Assembly: GCA_964016885.1 (NCBI GenBank)
Contig: OZ024740.1
Location: 102,176,001-102,240,000 of the forward strand
DNA from: Eledone cirrhosa
Lineage: Eukaryota
Length of the DNA stretch: 64,000 nucleotides
Direction of reading: 5' to 3'
Of the stretch, positions 1 through 12,265 are shown piece by piece. The notes under the pieces were generated by a model. That model was given only the letters and a program-made list of their open reading frames with translations, was not told the DNA's origin and made no database searches. Position numbers and translations under genes: made by a program. Each line of letters opens with the position of its first letter. The first letter of the stretch is position 1.

Positions 1-64
1 GTTTTGGAGGTACTGTCCTTCCTCTTCTGAATAAAATATTAGAAATAATATAAAAATATATTAA

Positions 65-283
65 CCCTTTAGCGTTTACATTACTCTATATATACTATTG
101 TATTTTTGTGGTGAATTTTTTATCTCATATAATTATCTCATAATATCGAATCTATGATATTTTGATGTTATTTATTTTGAGAACAATATCTTAATGTCAG
201 TATGAGCAGCCAGTTACAGCTGGTTTAAACAGAAAGAGGTGAGAGAATTCTGGCCAGATATGGCTGGTTTAAATGCTAAAGGG
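65..283. mobile_element. piggyBac-type MITE
   Basis: TTAA|CCCTTTAGCGTTTA ... TAAATGCTAAAGGG|TTAA: 14-bp terminal inverted repeat with one mismatch, CCC/GGG ends, TTAA target duplication (61-64, 284-287). Confidence 0.8.
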
Positions 284-2287
284 TTAAAGTAAACAATGGT
301 TAACTTAAGAAGCATTGGGGACATTTCAATATGAAATGTGGATGTCCCAATGCAAACAATCATAATAATAATAGTCGATTGATACAAATAATAGTTGAGA
401 AAATCAAATAAAGTAGCCCTGGAGATGGAACAAAATAGGCAGAAGTTCGTCTGTCTGTTTTTTTTTATCTTTAAAGTATTTAGTCTCATCTTTCTAGATA
501 CGGAGTTCAAATTCTGATAAGTTTTACTCTGCCTGTTCATCTTTCTTGGAAACGATAAAATAAATACTAGTAATGTATACTTAATCATTTATCCCAAAGA
601 GAAGAAATTGGAACATTATTCTCTGAAAGTTCCTTATATTCTGAAGAAGGGAATTTTAAGTCCTGAAATATTTGGACAGAAGAAACAACAGAAAAAAAAA
701 AAAAAAAAAAAGATTACCAGGTAACTAACTTTTTTGTTACCTTCATCTTACAGTCCAGTTTACATTGTTTTGTCTTATATCTCTTTCCACATTATAAATA
801 ATTATATATCTAGTAATTAGCCTATATTAATTTAATATATTTTATCAATAATAAAGTACAGCCTAGAGTATATAATATTGAATTTTATACCCAGCAGAAG
901 AAAAATTTGAGAGAATAGTCTATTACATCAACCTGTAGTATCTCATTGGTATTTATTTTATCAAGACAGGAAAGATGAAACACAAAGTTGAGTTTGGTGG
1001 TAATGAAACTTAATATGACAAAGTATTTAGTTTGATGTTCTATCAATATAGTAATGCAAAATTTTTGTTTGTTTATTATATATTTTTGTTTTGTTAAATT
1101 ATCATTGATTATAATTAGATTTTATTAGGATGGCACATGGTGGCTGCAGCATAGAACAAGTTTCTTTGTTTAAACAGTTCAGTGTGTGCCTATGTATCTA
1201 CATGCATATGTGTCTGTCAAAATGTGTGTGTGTACCTGTGTGTCTCCATAAGCATGAAGCTTGAGGACTTCTAGCAGAAGTGAAGGAATGAGAATTTGTG
1301 ATCTTCATTCCATCCAACACTCAAGCTTTGCTAGTTAGCGCCGTACTATTTCTGTTTCTCTGCATTTGCATATATATATATATGAAGATGTATGTGTGGT
1401 TACATGTGTGCAATTATTTTTGCTAACTTACAGTTCGATGTGCAGAGAGAAATTAAAGTTAACACAAAATTTGTGATAATATATATATATAAATAAGTTA
1501 TGAGAATCTTAACATTATAAGTTCAGCTTTATATAGAAGAATGCCGAAAGAACTTGATAGATAAATGAAATAAAGAAAAATATATAAAAAATGTTTTTTC
1601 TCTGAAACTACTTTTATTTCTACCCACCACCTTCTACCTCATTTCATTTTTAACAATTTATTTATTCTGGAAAAAATTTCTTTTCTCTTCCTTTTTTAAA
1701 TTCTTTTTGTCTTCAAGAAGAAATTCCACCACTACCATCACCATCATCACTATGATCAGTTGTCTCTCTTTCCAATAAAACTAATAATTAAATATAGAAT
1801 TGAAACTTCTGATAAAACAAAGGAAATGTTTGCAGCAACACAACTTTTTTAAAAATTCATATCAGAAAAAAAGATGAAAAACAAGCAGTAAGAAAATCAG
1901 AAGCTACTCCTAAGAAAGTTGCAAAATAAAACTTTTATATAGTAAATCCTCTGCCTGCTGGTTCTTAAAATGAAAATATTATCATTCAGCAAACTTTACC
2001 AATTGTTGTTTCCTAAGAAATAATCCATGTATACGAACAACTGTGTTCACATTTAATACTTTGCAATCATATTACTATTTTTTTTATCATCAATAAATGT
2101 CTATTTCTTTTTAAACTTTATGCTTTGTTAAATATGAAAATGATTTTTACAATTTTCCTATATATATATATGTAAATATATATACATATACATACATATA
2201 TGTGTGTGTGCATGTTTGTGCACATCATCATCATCATCGTTTAATGTCCATATTCCCTGCTTGCATATATGTGTGTGCACGTTTGTG

Positions 2288-2342
<55 letters not shown>

Positions 2343-2943
2343 TCACCACTTCTTAAATCAGTATTTGTTTTAAGTTGAAGAAGTCTGCACATAGAATGTT
2401 TTACAATACAGTTTAGAAACTAGACTAACCAGTTTTTTTTTTCATTTTGAAGACAAGTATTTTGTTGTTGTTGTTCATTTATGTATAGAGAAAATATTGC
2501 TGCAATGTATCAAGCAGAACAAAAGTAGAAAGACAATTGACCGACTGCTTCTTTTATGTGCCAGTCACTGTCAAGACCTCACAACTCCTCAGTCTTTCAA
2601 CTGCTGTTTTCCTCCGCAAAATCAGGAGGAATGCATCCTGCCTGAGGAAGGAGCCTTGTGAGGTATAGTGGTCGATGCAGCAAGTGTTGCTGGATGTTCT
2701 CCGTTGGAATGCATTCATCATTTTGTCGATAGGGTGCAGCTGAGGCATACCACTTAGACTAGGGTTTATAGTCTGCCACTCCCCACCCACTTTCCTTTAT
2801 TTAGTTATTTTTTCTGTTTTTTTTCATTCATTCTTTTTTTTATACGCAAACGTTGATGAATTATAAATTACTTTCTTTTATCAAATATCATGTATATGTA
2901 ACTGATCTCTCAGATCTTTACAAACCGCTGAGAAGATAAAGTT

Positions 2944-3110
2944 AATATAAAGAATGATGTACTCATGTGCAGAGATGCTATAAAGTAGCTTATAAAATAG
3001 ATCTTAATAGTGGCTGATGGCAACTTCATTTTCCGTGTTTAAAGGGCTTCCCCCTGTTTTATAAACTATTTTATAGCATCTCCATGCACAAGCACACCAT
3101 TCTTTATATT
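2944..3110. repeat. Imperfect inverted repeat, ~57-bp arms, ~53-bp loop
   Basis: AATATAAAGAATGATGTAC...TTATAAAATAG pairs with CTGTTTTATAAAC...CATTCTTTATATT. Confidence 0.75.
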
Positions 3111-4440
3111 TACATGCTTTTATTTTTAAAATAAATTTTCACTTATTTTAGATTAACTTCCATCTCAAATAAAATATATAGTTTCTCTCATTGTGCATCA
3201 TTTTGGAATATATATTTCTATTCTCTGCTACTTACTCAAACCATATGAACATATTTGCCACTGTGAGAAGCAAGCCTGCCTTGTCAGCTGCAGATACATA
3301 ATTCTTTATATATGTGAATAGACTAATATATCTGTACCCCCTGTCCTAGTTAGTATAAACATAAACTATATGGATGCTGACTACAAACAAGAAAACATTT
3401 GTGGCGTCTGTCATTTGGTGAAAGTTTGCCTTCACTCTACACATTATGTCAATCTGGAAATGAAGTTTAAAGAAATAACTCACAAGTGCCATTCCTTAAA
3501 GTATTGGCAATTCATTTAAGGTTTGTTCTTCTTGTTATTTAGTTCAAACAAAGGAATTTAGGGTTAGGTAATGTGAGTTATCCTGCAGTGAGAGCTATGG
3601 GTAAGATGACTTAATTCTCACTACATAAACAGAAAAAAAGTATTTATAAGCAACATTTTAAATTGATTTGAATGATGAGTGGGCGAAGAAAAAATGTTAC
3701 TAACTGATTATGGCCTCCACACCTCAAAAAGTTACAGGAAATTAACCTTGCTCACTGAGGAGAAAGCAAAATATAAGTAGAAAGAAGTTTACTTGCAGCT
3801 AGCAGGGTAAACAGAAAGTGCACATGTGAAGGAGTGGCATACCCATTTAACTGGCATTGAACCAATATTTTCTTTGCTGTCAGTACATTACTATAAAAGA
3901 GAGAACATTCATTTAGTGTTCATTGACTCAAGAGATGAATTAGTTCTGTTAACCAATCAACTGACTAACTGCTTCAGTGAAGGTCAGATTGTTTAAGGAA
4001 ATGTTCAGAGCTTCACCTACAACCCCCCTCTCTCTCTCATTATAATGAGCACTGTTATAATTGTTATTGTTTGGTCTTCCATGAGCACTATTGGTAACAT
4101 ATAATCCAGTACAACCTGCCATATGGATGTGTAGTTGTGATTAAATTGGCAACCCCACCAAGCTTCATTGGTGCAGAGGGTGATTTTTGCCTCTTCCCCT
4201 GCAAGATGAAAAAAAAAACCCACCAAAGAGCAGAGGAATTCAGAAGACTTTGTGGCTATCCAATAGTGTGTAGAAAAAAAAGGAATCAACAAAGCTCATT
4301 AGCCTTGGTTGGCAGCAGTCTGTCTAGGAGGGGGACCACTCTGATTTCAAAACTGGAGTAAATGGGACTCCTTAGTCACCTTGGTGACAACCTTTCAAGT
4401 GGCCAACAACTTCTTTCTTGGGATGAAGGCTGATAAGCTG

Positions 4441-4533
4441 AAGCTCAGTAGCTAGCCTCCAGTCAATGATCAGCTCAGTAGCTAGCCTCCAGTCAATGAT
4501 CAGCTCAGTAGCTAGCCTCCAGTCAATGATCAG
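4441..4533. repeat. 30-bp tandem repeat x3
   Basis: (C/A)AGCTCAGTAGCTAGCCTCCAGTCAATGAT three times. Confidence 0.95.
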
Positions 4534-5154
4534 ACATGGATTCGAGACCCACTGATGTCACTTTTTACCTGATGAGAATCATGGACACACAGCATCATAT
4601 AGATGACCATTGATGCTATTATCCATGGTACCCAACCCTCAGTAATGAGGGTAGGAACAGGCCAGATTATGATAAACTATCCTTTGGGGATTTTTTTTCT
4701 TTTTTGTAGCTCTATTTAACCTCTTTATTCTACCTGCTGTAAGCTATTTCTCTACTTTTCAATAAACAGTCAATAGTATTGCCTAAAAACACTGCAATGA
4801 TTCCTTCTGAGGGATATGGTTTGGGGGATATCCCTGTTCTTTTTGATAGCTTCAAAAAGGAGGAAGGGAAGCACTTGTAATATTTTGCAGTGGTGTCAAG
4901 TCATGGAGGATAAAAAAAAGGATAGTTAAAGCATAATGTATGGGTTAGCCTCAAACTAGAAACCTGGATGTTGCTATAAGTATCCAAAGTTTAGCAGGGA
5001 GTTTTCAACTGAACAAAGGATTAAATTTGTCAACACTATCATTTATAAACATAATGCACTAACCTATAATTCCACATTAACTCCATCAATTTCATCTTTT
5101 TGCTCAACTATATATTTCTTCACTCAGATTTGAACCATTGGTACCACAAAACAT

Positions 5155-5430
5155 TCAGCCCACACTATAAAGTGATCGTGTAGGTGTCATGACAAAAAGC
5201 ACCCAGCCCACACTCTAAAGTGGACATGTAAAATACACAGCAAAAAGCACCCAGCACACACTGTAAATGTGGTTGGCGTTAGGAAGGGCATCCAGCCGTA
5301 GAAAACCAGCCAGAAACTCTCCTATATGAGCTAGACATGGTCGCCTGACCCAACTTGCCTCTACATGAGACAAACTCGTCTAACCCATGCTAGCGTGGAA
5401 GATAGATGTTAATCGATGATGATGATGATG
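5155..5430 (+). mobile_element. RTE LINE 3'UTR-derived fragment with internally repeated module
   Basis: CTGTAAATGTGGTTGGCGTTAGGAAGGGCATCCAGCCGTAGAAAA and (GAT)n tail match the LINE 3' end at 18560-18750. Similar fragments at ~13965-14180 (+), 45285-45480 (-), 46657-46760 (+), 54660-54920 (+). Confidence 0.8.
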
Positions 5431-5655
5431 AATTGTTTCTAATTTTGGCATAATTCCAACAATTTGCGGGGAGGGAAAAGTCAATTAAATCAACTCCAGT
5501 GCGTTACTGGTACTTTATTTTATTGAGCCCCGTAAAGATGAAAGGCAAAGCTAACTTTTGTGGGATTTAAAATCAGAACATAAATGGATGTAACTATATG
5601 CCAAAAAACATGTTTTCTGATGCGTTACTGATAGTGCAAAATATATATATATATA

Positions 5656-6561
5656 CTAGCAGTGGTACCCGTTGTTGCACGGGATAAGGTATTTTGGAAC
5701 GCGGGCCACGAACAGAACTAATCGTGGAAAAACTGCATGCCTGGACAATATGTAAAGAAAATAAACCGAATACTCTGATGGCTGGATAATCTTTAAGATT
5801 TTCCTCAATGAAGCAGGAAAAATGCAGGTTTTCACCTAATGCGGGGCCCTAGGGGATCAAGAAAATGCTTTTTTTTATGTGCATAATATGCCTTGAAATT
5901 TTGGGAAAATCGGCTAGCCGTTACGCCTCCAAAAAGCTCTAAATGTTTTTCACCTAATGCGGGCCCTAGGACATAAAAAAAAGTTGGATTTTCTTTGCTC
6001 ACGGTATGAAGAAAAGACTGACTAATACATAGTCACAATTTCAAGGAAATCGGTTTGATATAACGCCTCAAAAAAACCCTAAAAAGCTTTAAAAATGCAG
6101 TTTTTCACCTAATGCGGGCCCTAGGAGATCAAAGTAATACACATGTAAAGTTTGAAACATAAGTAATACACATGTAAAGTTTGAAAAAAATTGGTTGGGT
6201 ACTTCTCGAGTTTTAGGGATTCAAACTCACAGACACACACACACACACACACACAGACATCCTCAGGGAAGTGACGTAATGCAGACAGTGAGACATACAG
6301 ACAGATATTATAAGGGCGCGACGTTATATGTATGTATCTATCTAAAAAGAGAAAGACTAAGAATTATAGAGAGAGATCGCTAAATCGCCTAATGCGGTCC
6401 CTAAAGTATTGAAAATTTGAATTTTTTTTGCTCAGAACTCTCCCTGAAACATAAGTATTACATGTGTAAAGTTTGAAAACAGTCGGTTGGGTGGTTCTTG
6501 AGATTTAGGGATTCGAACTTACACACACACAGACAGACATCCTCAGTTTTATATATATAGA
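5656..6561 (-). mobile_element. Non-autonomous Helitron
   Basis: Minus strand reads A|TC...CCCGTGCAACAACGGG (subterminal hairpin)...CTAG|T. Internal repeats of CACCTAATGCGGGCCCTAGG at ~5834, 5951, 6106, 6387; (AC)n/ACAG tract near the 5' end. Confidence 0.8.
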
Positions 6562-8562
6562 TAATGGTTTCAGATTTAAACACAAGGCCAACACTTTTGG
6601 GGAAGGACATATGATCAAAGGTGTGGCCAAATATGATCATCCCATCTATTTGTATCTCATTACAGTGTATACATTTATTTTTAAATTTAAAACAGCAGTG
6701 TGTGGTTTAAGAGACATTTGGCTGCTATATCTAACAGTTTTAACAACTGCATTGAGACTCCTTGTTGGCTTGTCTACTAATAAGTATTTATAGTAAGTGT
6801 ATGGACACTTTATTTTATATTGGCCCTGTCCACTCTGCTGGCAAAAATTAGTGGTACTTATAGTTTAAAATGCCAAATCTGTCATACACTAGGTCTTCCT
6901 GAATCTCCCTGAGAACTACATTAAGGATACACATTTGTGTGGAATGCTCAGCCACTTGCATATTAACTTCACAAGCAAACTGTTCGATGGATTGAATCAA
7001 CTCGAACACACATTTTTGGAATTGATGAATGTCCAACATATAGACATGTGATTATATTTGACTGTATTGTCAACTCCTCCTACAGTAAAATTGAAGCTCT
7101 TGGAAGCAGATAGAGGAGTCAGTGTAGATAGAGACAGGTAGAGTTAATTCTATGATCATATTAATTATGTGACTACTGCAGTGATTATTAATCTAAAGAT
7201 TAAAAAAGCAATAAATACAGTAGCATGCCAAACCAAATGTTTTGCAGTATATATCAATAGTTTGGCGTCTCTCTGTTCTGAAGTGAAATCACACTGAGGT
7301 TGAATTAGTCATTCTTTCTTCCTGGATTGATAAAAAAAGTGCCAGTTAAGAAGGAGATCTGATTATATCATCTATATTACTCCCTCAAATTGTGTGGCAG
7401 TGTGGATTATGGTACTGTCAAATTCACATGTAACATTTTTCTGCCAACACTGCAGGCTATATATGTGGTCTTGCAACCTGCTTGAAATAACATTCAAACT
7501 TACTTCATATCACATACTACTATCTGCAAAAAGAAAGGCACATTGGATAATACTGTCCTAGATACATTATGGTTGAATATATAAGATAATCACAGATGGA
7601 AACCCTTGGTCATAGGTTTGCCCGATGACAGCTGACTTGGGGCTAAAAATTAAAAAAACGAGAATGACAGTAACCTGTTAAGTGACATGGAATTTTCTTG
7701 CAGGAAGGTCTGGCAAAATGAATATCTGATATGATGAGAGATAAATAAGAAAGTTATCGTGTATGATATCAGCAGATCGAGAGGTACTGTAGAGGTATCA
7801 TGAAGAAGGCTTAAAGACTGATCTATTCAGGGCATGGGTGTTACTTGAGGAAATAACCCCTAGCAATGCGAAATAGAAAGATATCATTTTGCATATATAT
7901 ATTTATATATACACATACAAGATAACTTTGTTTATATATATATATAGTGTATAGCAACAGAAATTGCAATATATCTAGATATGTGAGTGTGTGTATATAT
8001 ATATATATGGATGCATAGTTTATATGTGCATGCATGTGTATACAAACACAGATAGCGTAAAATTGTATGTATGCATGTGCAAGTTTGTATATGTACACTC
8101 AAATACAAGCATGAACATATACACTTTCACATGAGTACTTTCACATCATTATAGTATATAATTTTATTACACATCTATACATGAAACACATGCTTACAGA
8201 AACATGTGTTGGCTAAATGTGTGTATGTAAGTATAACTTATCGAAAAGAAGATACATATCTCTTTGTAGATAAGTTTCCTTACAATCCCAATTGCCTTGG
8301 CAATGAGCCTCATTAAAGTTTAATTATTAAAATGTTAGCTTACTCATTTTTTTTTTTTTCTGTTCTTCTATTCCCCCTTGCTTGTATTCTAAAACTGAAC
8401 ATTATTAAAAAATATCATTTCACTTTTTTGAAGCATATTTTTTTCTTCTTATCTCCTACATGCTACAGCAGATTACTATAATATATGTCAGGTAATTTAT
8501 GTATTCCCAAAAGTATATACGAACTTATATCTCTCTCTATTTCTCTGTGTATATATATATAC

Positions 8563-8875
8563 ATGACGTAGTGGTTAGAGCGTCGGATTCACAATCGTGA
8601 GGTTGCGATTTCGATACCAGGACTGGGCGATGGCTTGTTTTCTTGAGCAAAACACTTTATTTCACATTGCTCTACTTTACTCAGCTGTAGAAAGGTGTTG
8701 TGACATTACTAGTGCATTAGCCTTTCCCTTGGACAAATTGGTGACATGGTGAGAGGAAACTGGTATGCATAGGTAACTGCTGATCTTCCATTAAAACACC
8801 TTAGAGTGGAACTTTCTAGGTGTAAATCCCATAGTCATTAATGACCAAAAGAGGTGTCTTTACTCTTTACTTTTA
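8563..8875 (+). mobile_element. tRNA-derived CORE-type SINE, tail type B
   Basis: Degenerate A/B-box head, CORE-like TTGAGCAAAACACTTTATTTCACATTGCTC...CTCAGCTGTAGAAA, tail unlike the RTE tail. Confidence 0.7.
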
Positions 8876-8924
8876 TGTATATATATATTTATATATATTT
8901 ATATATATATATATATATATATAT

Positions 8925-9239
8925 TAGAAGAAGAAAGGCCTCCATCATTCACTAATGATCATGGTTTTGCACCTAGAATTTTCCCTCCGAGGCATAAGCC
9001 TAGGCATCGTTTGTTTGTGGAAAACCAGCTGTCGCCCATGCATACCGGTTTCCCCTCTTGATACCCCAATGTTGTCCAATGAAAAGCAACAGTGACATTG
9101 CAACTCATTTCTACAGCTGAGAAAACTGGAGCAACATGAAATAAAGTGTCTTGCTCAAGGACACAACGCATCACCTGGTTTGAGAATCAAACTCGCAACC
9201 TCTCGATTGCAGGCCCAATGCTCTACCCACTCAGCCATG

Positions 9240-9241
<2 letters not shown>
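8925..9241 (-). mobile_element. tRNA-derived CORE-type SINE, tail type B
   Basis: Reverse-complement homologue of 8563-8875; tail-to-tail across a (TA)n tract. Confidence 0.75.
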
Positions 9242-9282
<41 letters not shown>

Positions 9283-10156
9283 TGCATACATACATGCATG
9301 CATGCATACATACATACGTGCATGCATACATACATACATGCATACATGCATTCACCTGTATACACATATACATGTATATTCATATTAAAATAACATAATA
9401 ATTGTTTAACTATTATTTCAAGACAGTTATCATTATCAAGAGCGATGATTAGCAAAATCATTGGAGTGTTGGATACCTCACACTATTTGTTCTGGCTCTT
9501 TTATTTTCTAAGTTCAAATCCTGCTGAGGTGACCTTTGTTTTTCTTCCTGCCAGTGTCAATAAAATAATGTGCCAGTCAAGTATTGGGAGTTGATTTAAT
9601 CGACTCTCTCTTTCTCCCAAACTGCTGGCCTTGTACCAATACCAGAAAGAATTATTAATAAAAATAATATTAAGACTGAGAAGTTCCAGAATCAGTAGAG
9701 TACCAAATGCCCTGGGGTATTCAGATGGAACCTATTAGGTTCTTACTTTAAACTCTGCTAAGGTTTAATTTAACTTTATTCGTCCTTTTCTCATGGGATG
9801 TGTGCTTCAAATCCAAAAGGCATGTCTCTCCATTTTTCATTTCCAGGGGTGTTTTACCCAACCTATTCAAATATCATTTATAATTAGTTATCAACTATTA
9901 CTTGGAGTTGTCCGTAGTGTGACTAAAACATTTCTGAGAGAGAGAGGGAGAGAGAGTTAACACTGCCAAGTAATAATAGCTTCAAACTTGATGTGTTTAT
10001 GTCATTATAGATAGAAACAGAAATTCAGAACAGATGTTAGACATTTTAAAGAATAAAAGAATCCAGGGATATATAATAACTCAGTGCATTTATAACAATA
10101 TGAGATGATAGAGATGATTTCTTTTATAATAATAATAATAATTATATATATATATA

Positions 10157-10500
10157 TCATCATCATCATCATTTCATTTTACGTCCGCTTTTCCCTGCTT
10201 ACAAGGGTGGGATGGGAACTGATTCTGGCTTGATTTCTACAGCTGGATGCCCTTCCTAACACCAACCTCATTTACAGTGACTGCTGGGTGCTTTTTTGCT
10301 GTGGCACCTACACGACCACTTTACAGTGGAATAATAGAGACCCCAGTCCCTATCATCTCATTTCTACAGCTGAGTAAACTGGAGCAATGTGAAATAAAGT
10401 GTCTTGCTCAAGGAAACAACACATCACCCAGTCTGAGAATTGAACTCACAACCTTTCGATTGCAAGGCCAATGCTCTAACCACTAAGCCATGTGCCTCCA
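10157..10500 (-). mobile_element. tRNA/CORE SINE with RTE-derived tail (type A)
   Basis: A box TGGCTTAGTGG, B box GAGTTCAATTC, CORE-like CCTTGAGCAAGACACTT...CAGTTTACTCAGCTGTAGAAATG, tail shared with the LINE, (GAT)n end. Confidence 0.88.
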
Positions 10501-10562
10501 TACTATATATATATATAGTATATATATATATAGTATATAGTGTATATATATATATATATATA

Positions 10563-10915
10563 TGGAGGCACATGGCTTAGTGGTTAGAGCATTGGCCTTG
10601 CAATCAAAAGGTTGTGAGTTCAATTCTCAGACCGGGTGATGTGTTGTTTCCTTGAGCAAGACACTTTATTTCACATTGCTCCAGTTTACTCAGCTGTAGA
10701 AATGAGATGATAGGGATGATAGGTCCATATCATTCCACTGCAAAGTGGTCGTGGAGGTGCCACGGCAAAAAAGCACCCAGCACTCACTGTAAATGAGGTT
10801 GGTGTTAGGAAGGGCATCCAGCTGTAGAAATCTAGCCAGAATCAGTTCCCGTCTCACCCTTGCAAGCAGGGAAAAAGCGGACGTAAAATGAAATGATGAT
10901 GATGATGATGATGAT
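10563..10915 (+). mobile_element. tRNA/CORE SINE type A
   Basis: Same family, head-to-head with 10157-10500 across ~60 bp of TA-rich repeat. Confidence 0.88.
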
Positions 10916-11562
10916 AGTATAGTGTGTATATATATATATATATATAGTATATAGTATAGTGTGTATATATATATATAGTATATAGTATAGTGTATATATA
11001 TATATATATATACTATATATAGTATGGAGGCACTGTCGATCAATAGTATATATACGTAATATATATATATAGTATATATACGTAATATATATATAGTGTG
11101 TATATATATATATATATAGTGTATATATATATATATAGTATATATACATAATATATATATATATATATATAGTATATATACGAAATATATATGTATATAT
11201 ACGTAATATATATATAGTATATATACGAAATATATATGTATATATACGTAATATATATATAGTATATATATGTAATATACCTATATATACTATTTATATA
11301 ATATATATATATAATATATTATATGTATAATATATATATAAATATTTTTATAGTAGAGAGTCAGGGCTCAATGACTGAGCTCTTGCTGGAAATGGCAAGA
11401 GCTCAGCTGTCATCAATTATTGAGGGTCGACTATAATACTCTTCCATCAAAACTTGTAGTGATTTGCCTGTTAAAAGTCATTATTATTAATTTCTAGTAA
11501 ATTATATCTAAAAAAATATATAACTATATAATGTTTCTTTTATTTTTTCTTATTTTTTGCAG

Positions 11563-12040
11563 ATTTTTCAGTGAGAGGACAGCGGTGCAGTTATACTTCT
11601 ATATGCTCTAAACATCTATTTCAACTTGAGGTTTTATGGACGATTTAAACCTTCGTTAAAGACTTAACTACTGAACACACACATACCCCTTTGCTACCAG
11701 TCTCTTTCTGTCCTTGCCCTAAATTATTTCTTCAGTTTTCCAGAAACAGTCTATATTTTTTAATCTTTTTTAATTTCAAAACTGCAATATTGAGAAAGTC
11801 TGTGATGCATAGCAACACCTTCAGTATAGCACTCCCCACTGGTCATACAGAAGACTAATTTGAAAATACGAACTAAAAGAAAAAAAAACTATTGAAATCA
11901 TGAAAGACACGTGTCAGTAGAAATGAAGGAAAAATTTCAATCAATTTAAAAGAAAATTTAACAGAAACAAAAACAAAACAGAGAAAGAACAAGAATAAAA
12001 TACTTGAAATAACTGTATAATTGAGGATAAAAAATATATG
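11563..12040 (+). other. Candidate host-gene exon (5'UTR-like, ending in ATG)
   Basis: Long polypyrimidine tract + TTTTGCAG acceptor (AG 11561-11562); donor ATG|GTAAGT at 12040/12041; non-repetitive sequence with no long ORF. Confidence 0.5.
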
Positions 12041-12070
12041 GTAAGTAATATAATTCTTTCATATTATAGC

Positions 12071-12265
12071 AAGGCAGTGGATTGGCAGTATCAGTAGAGC
12101 ATCAGATACCATACTTTGCAGCATAGAGTTATGGCCCTTTGCGTTCTGAGTTCAAATCCCACCAAGGTTAGCTTTGCCTTTCATCCTTTTGGGGTTAATA
12201 AAATAAAGCACCAGTAATGCACTGGGATAATTGCTGGCCTTGTGCCAAAAATAGAAATAATTATA
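12071..12265 (+). mobile_element. Nin/Deu-domain-like SINE (family C)
   Basis: GAGTTCAAATCC B box then CTTTGCCTTTCATCCTTTTGGGGTTAATAAAATAAAGCACCAG. Further copies at ~5433-5640 (-), 9460-9655, 14295-14455, 14508-14730, 19957-20115 (-), 39260-39640 (-), 50280-50397, 59715-59930, 59957-60165 (-). Confidence 0.75.

Noticed and set aside
634-675. Further hammerhead-like cores (641, ~8240-8320 minus, ~11350-11415 minus, 55542, ~60275-60315 minus)
   Set aside because: CUGANGA/GAAA partly present but stems I/III or core bases do not fit; at most decayed relics.
10247-10486. Recurrent [11 protein letters not shown]... ORFs
   Set aside because: Antisense translations of the SINE and LINE 3'UTR.
10565-10640. 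tRNA genes
   Set aside because: A/B boxes belong to SINE heads; no complete cloverleaf seen.
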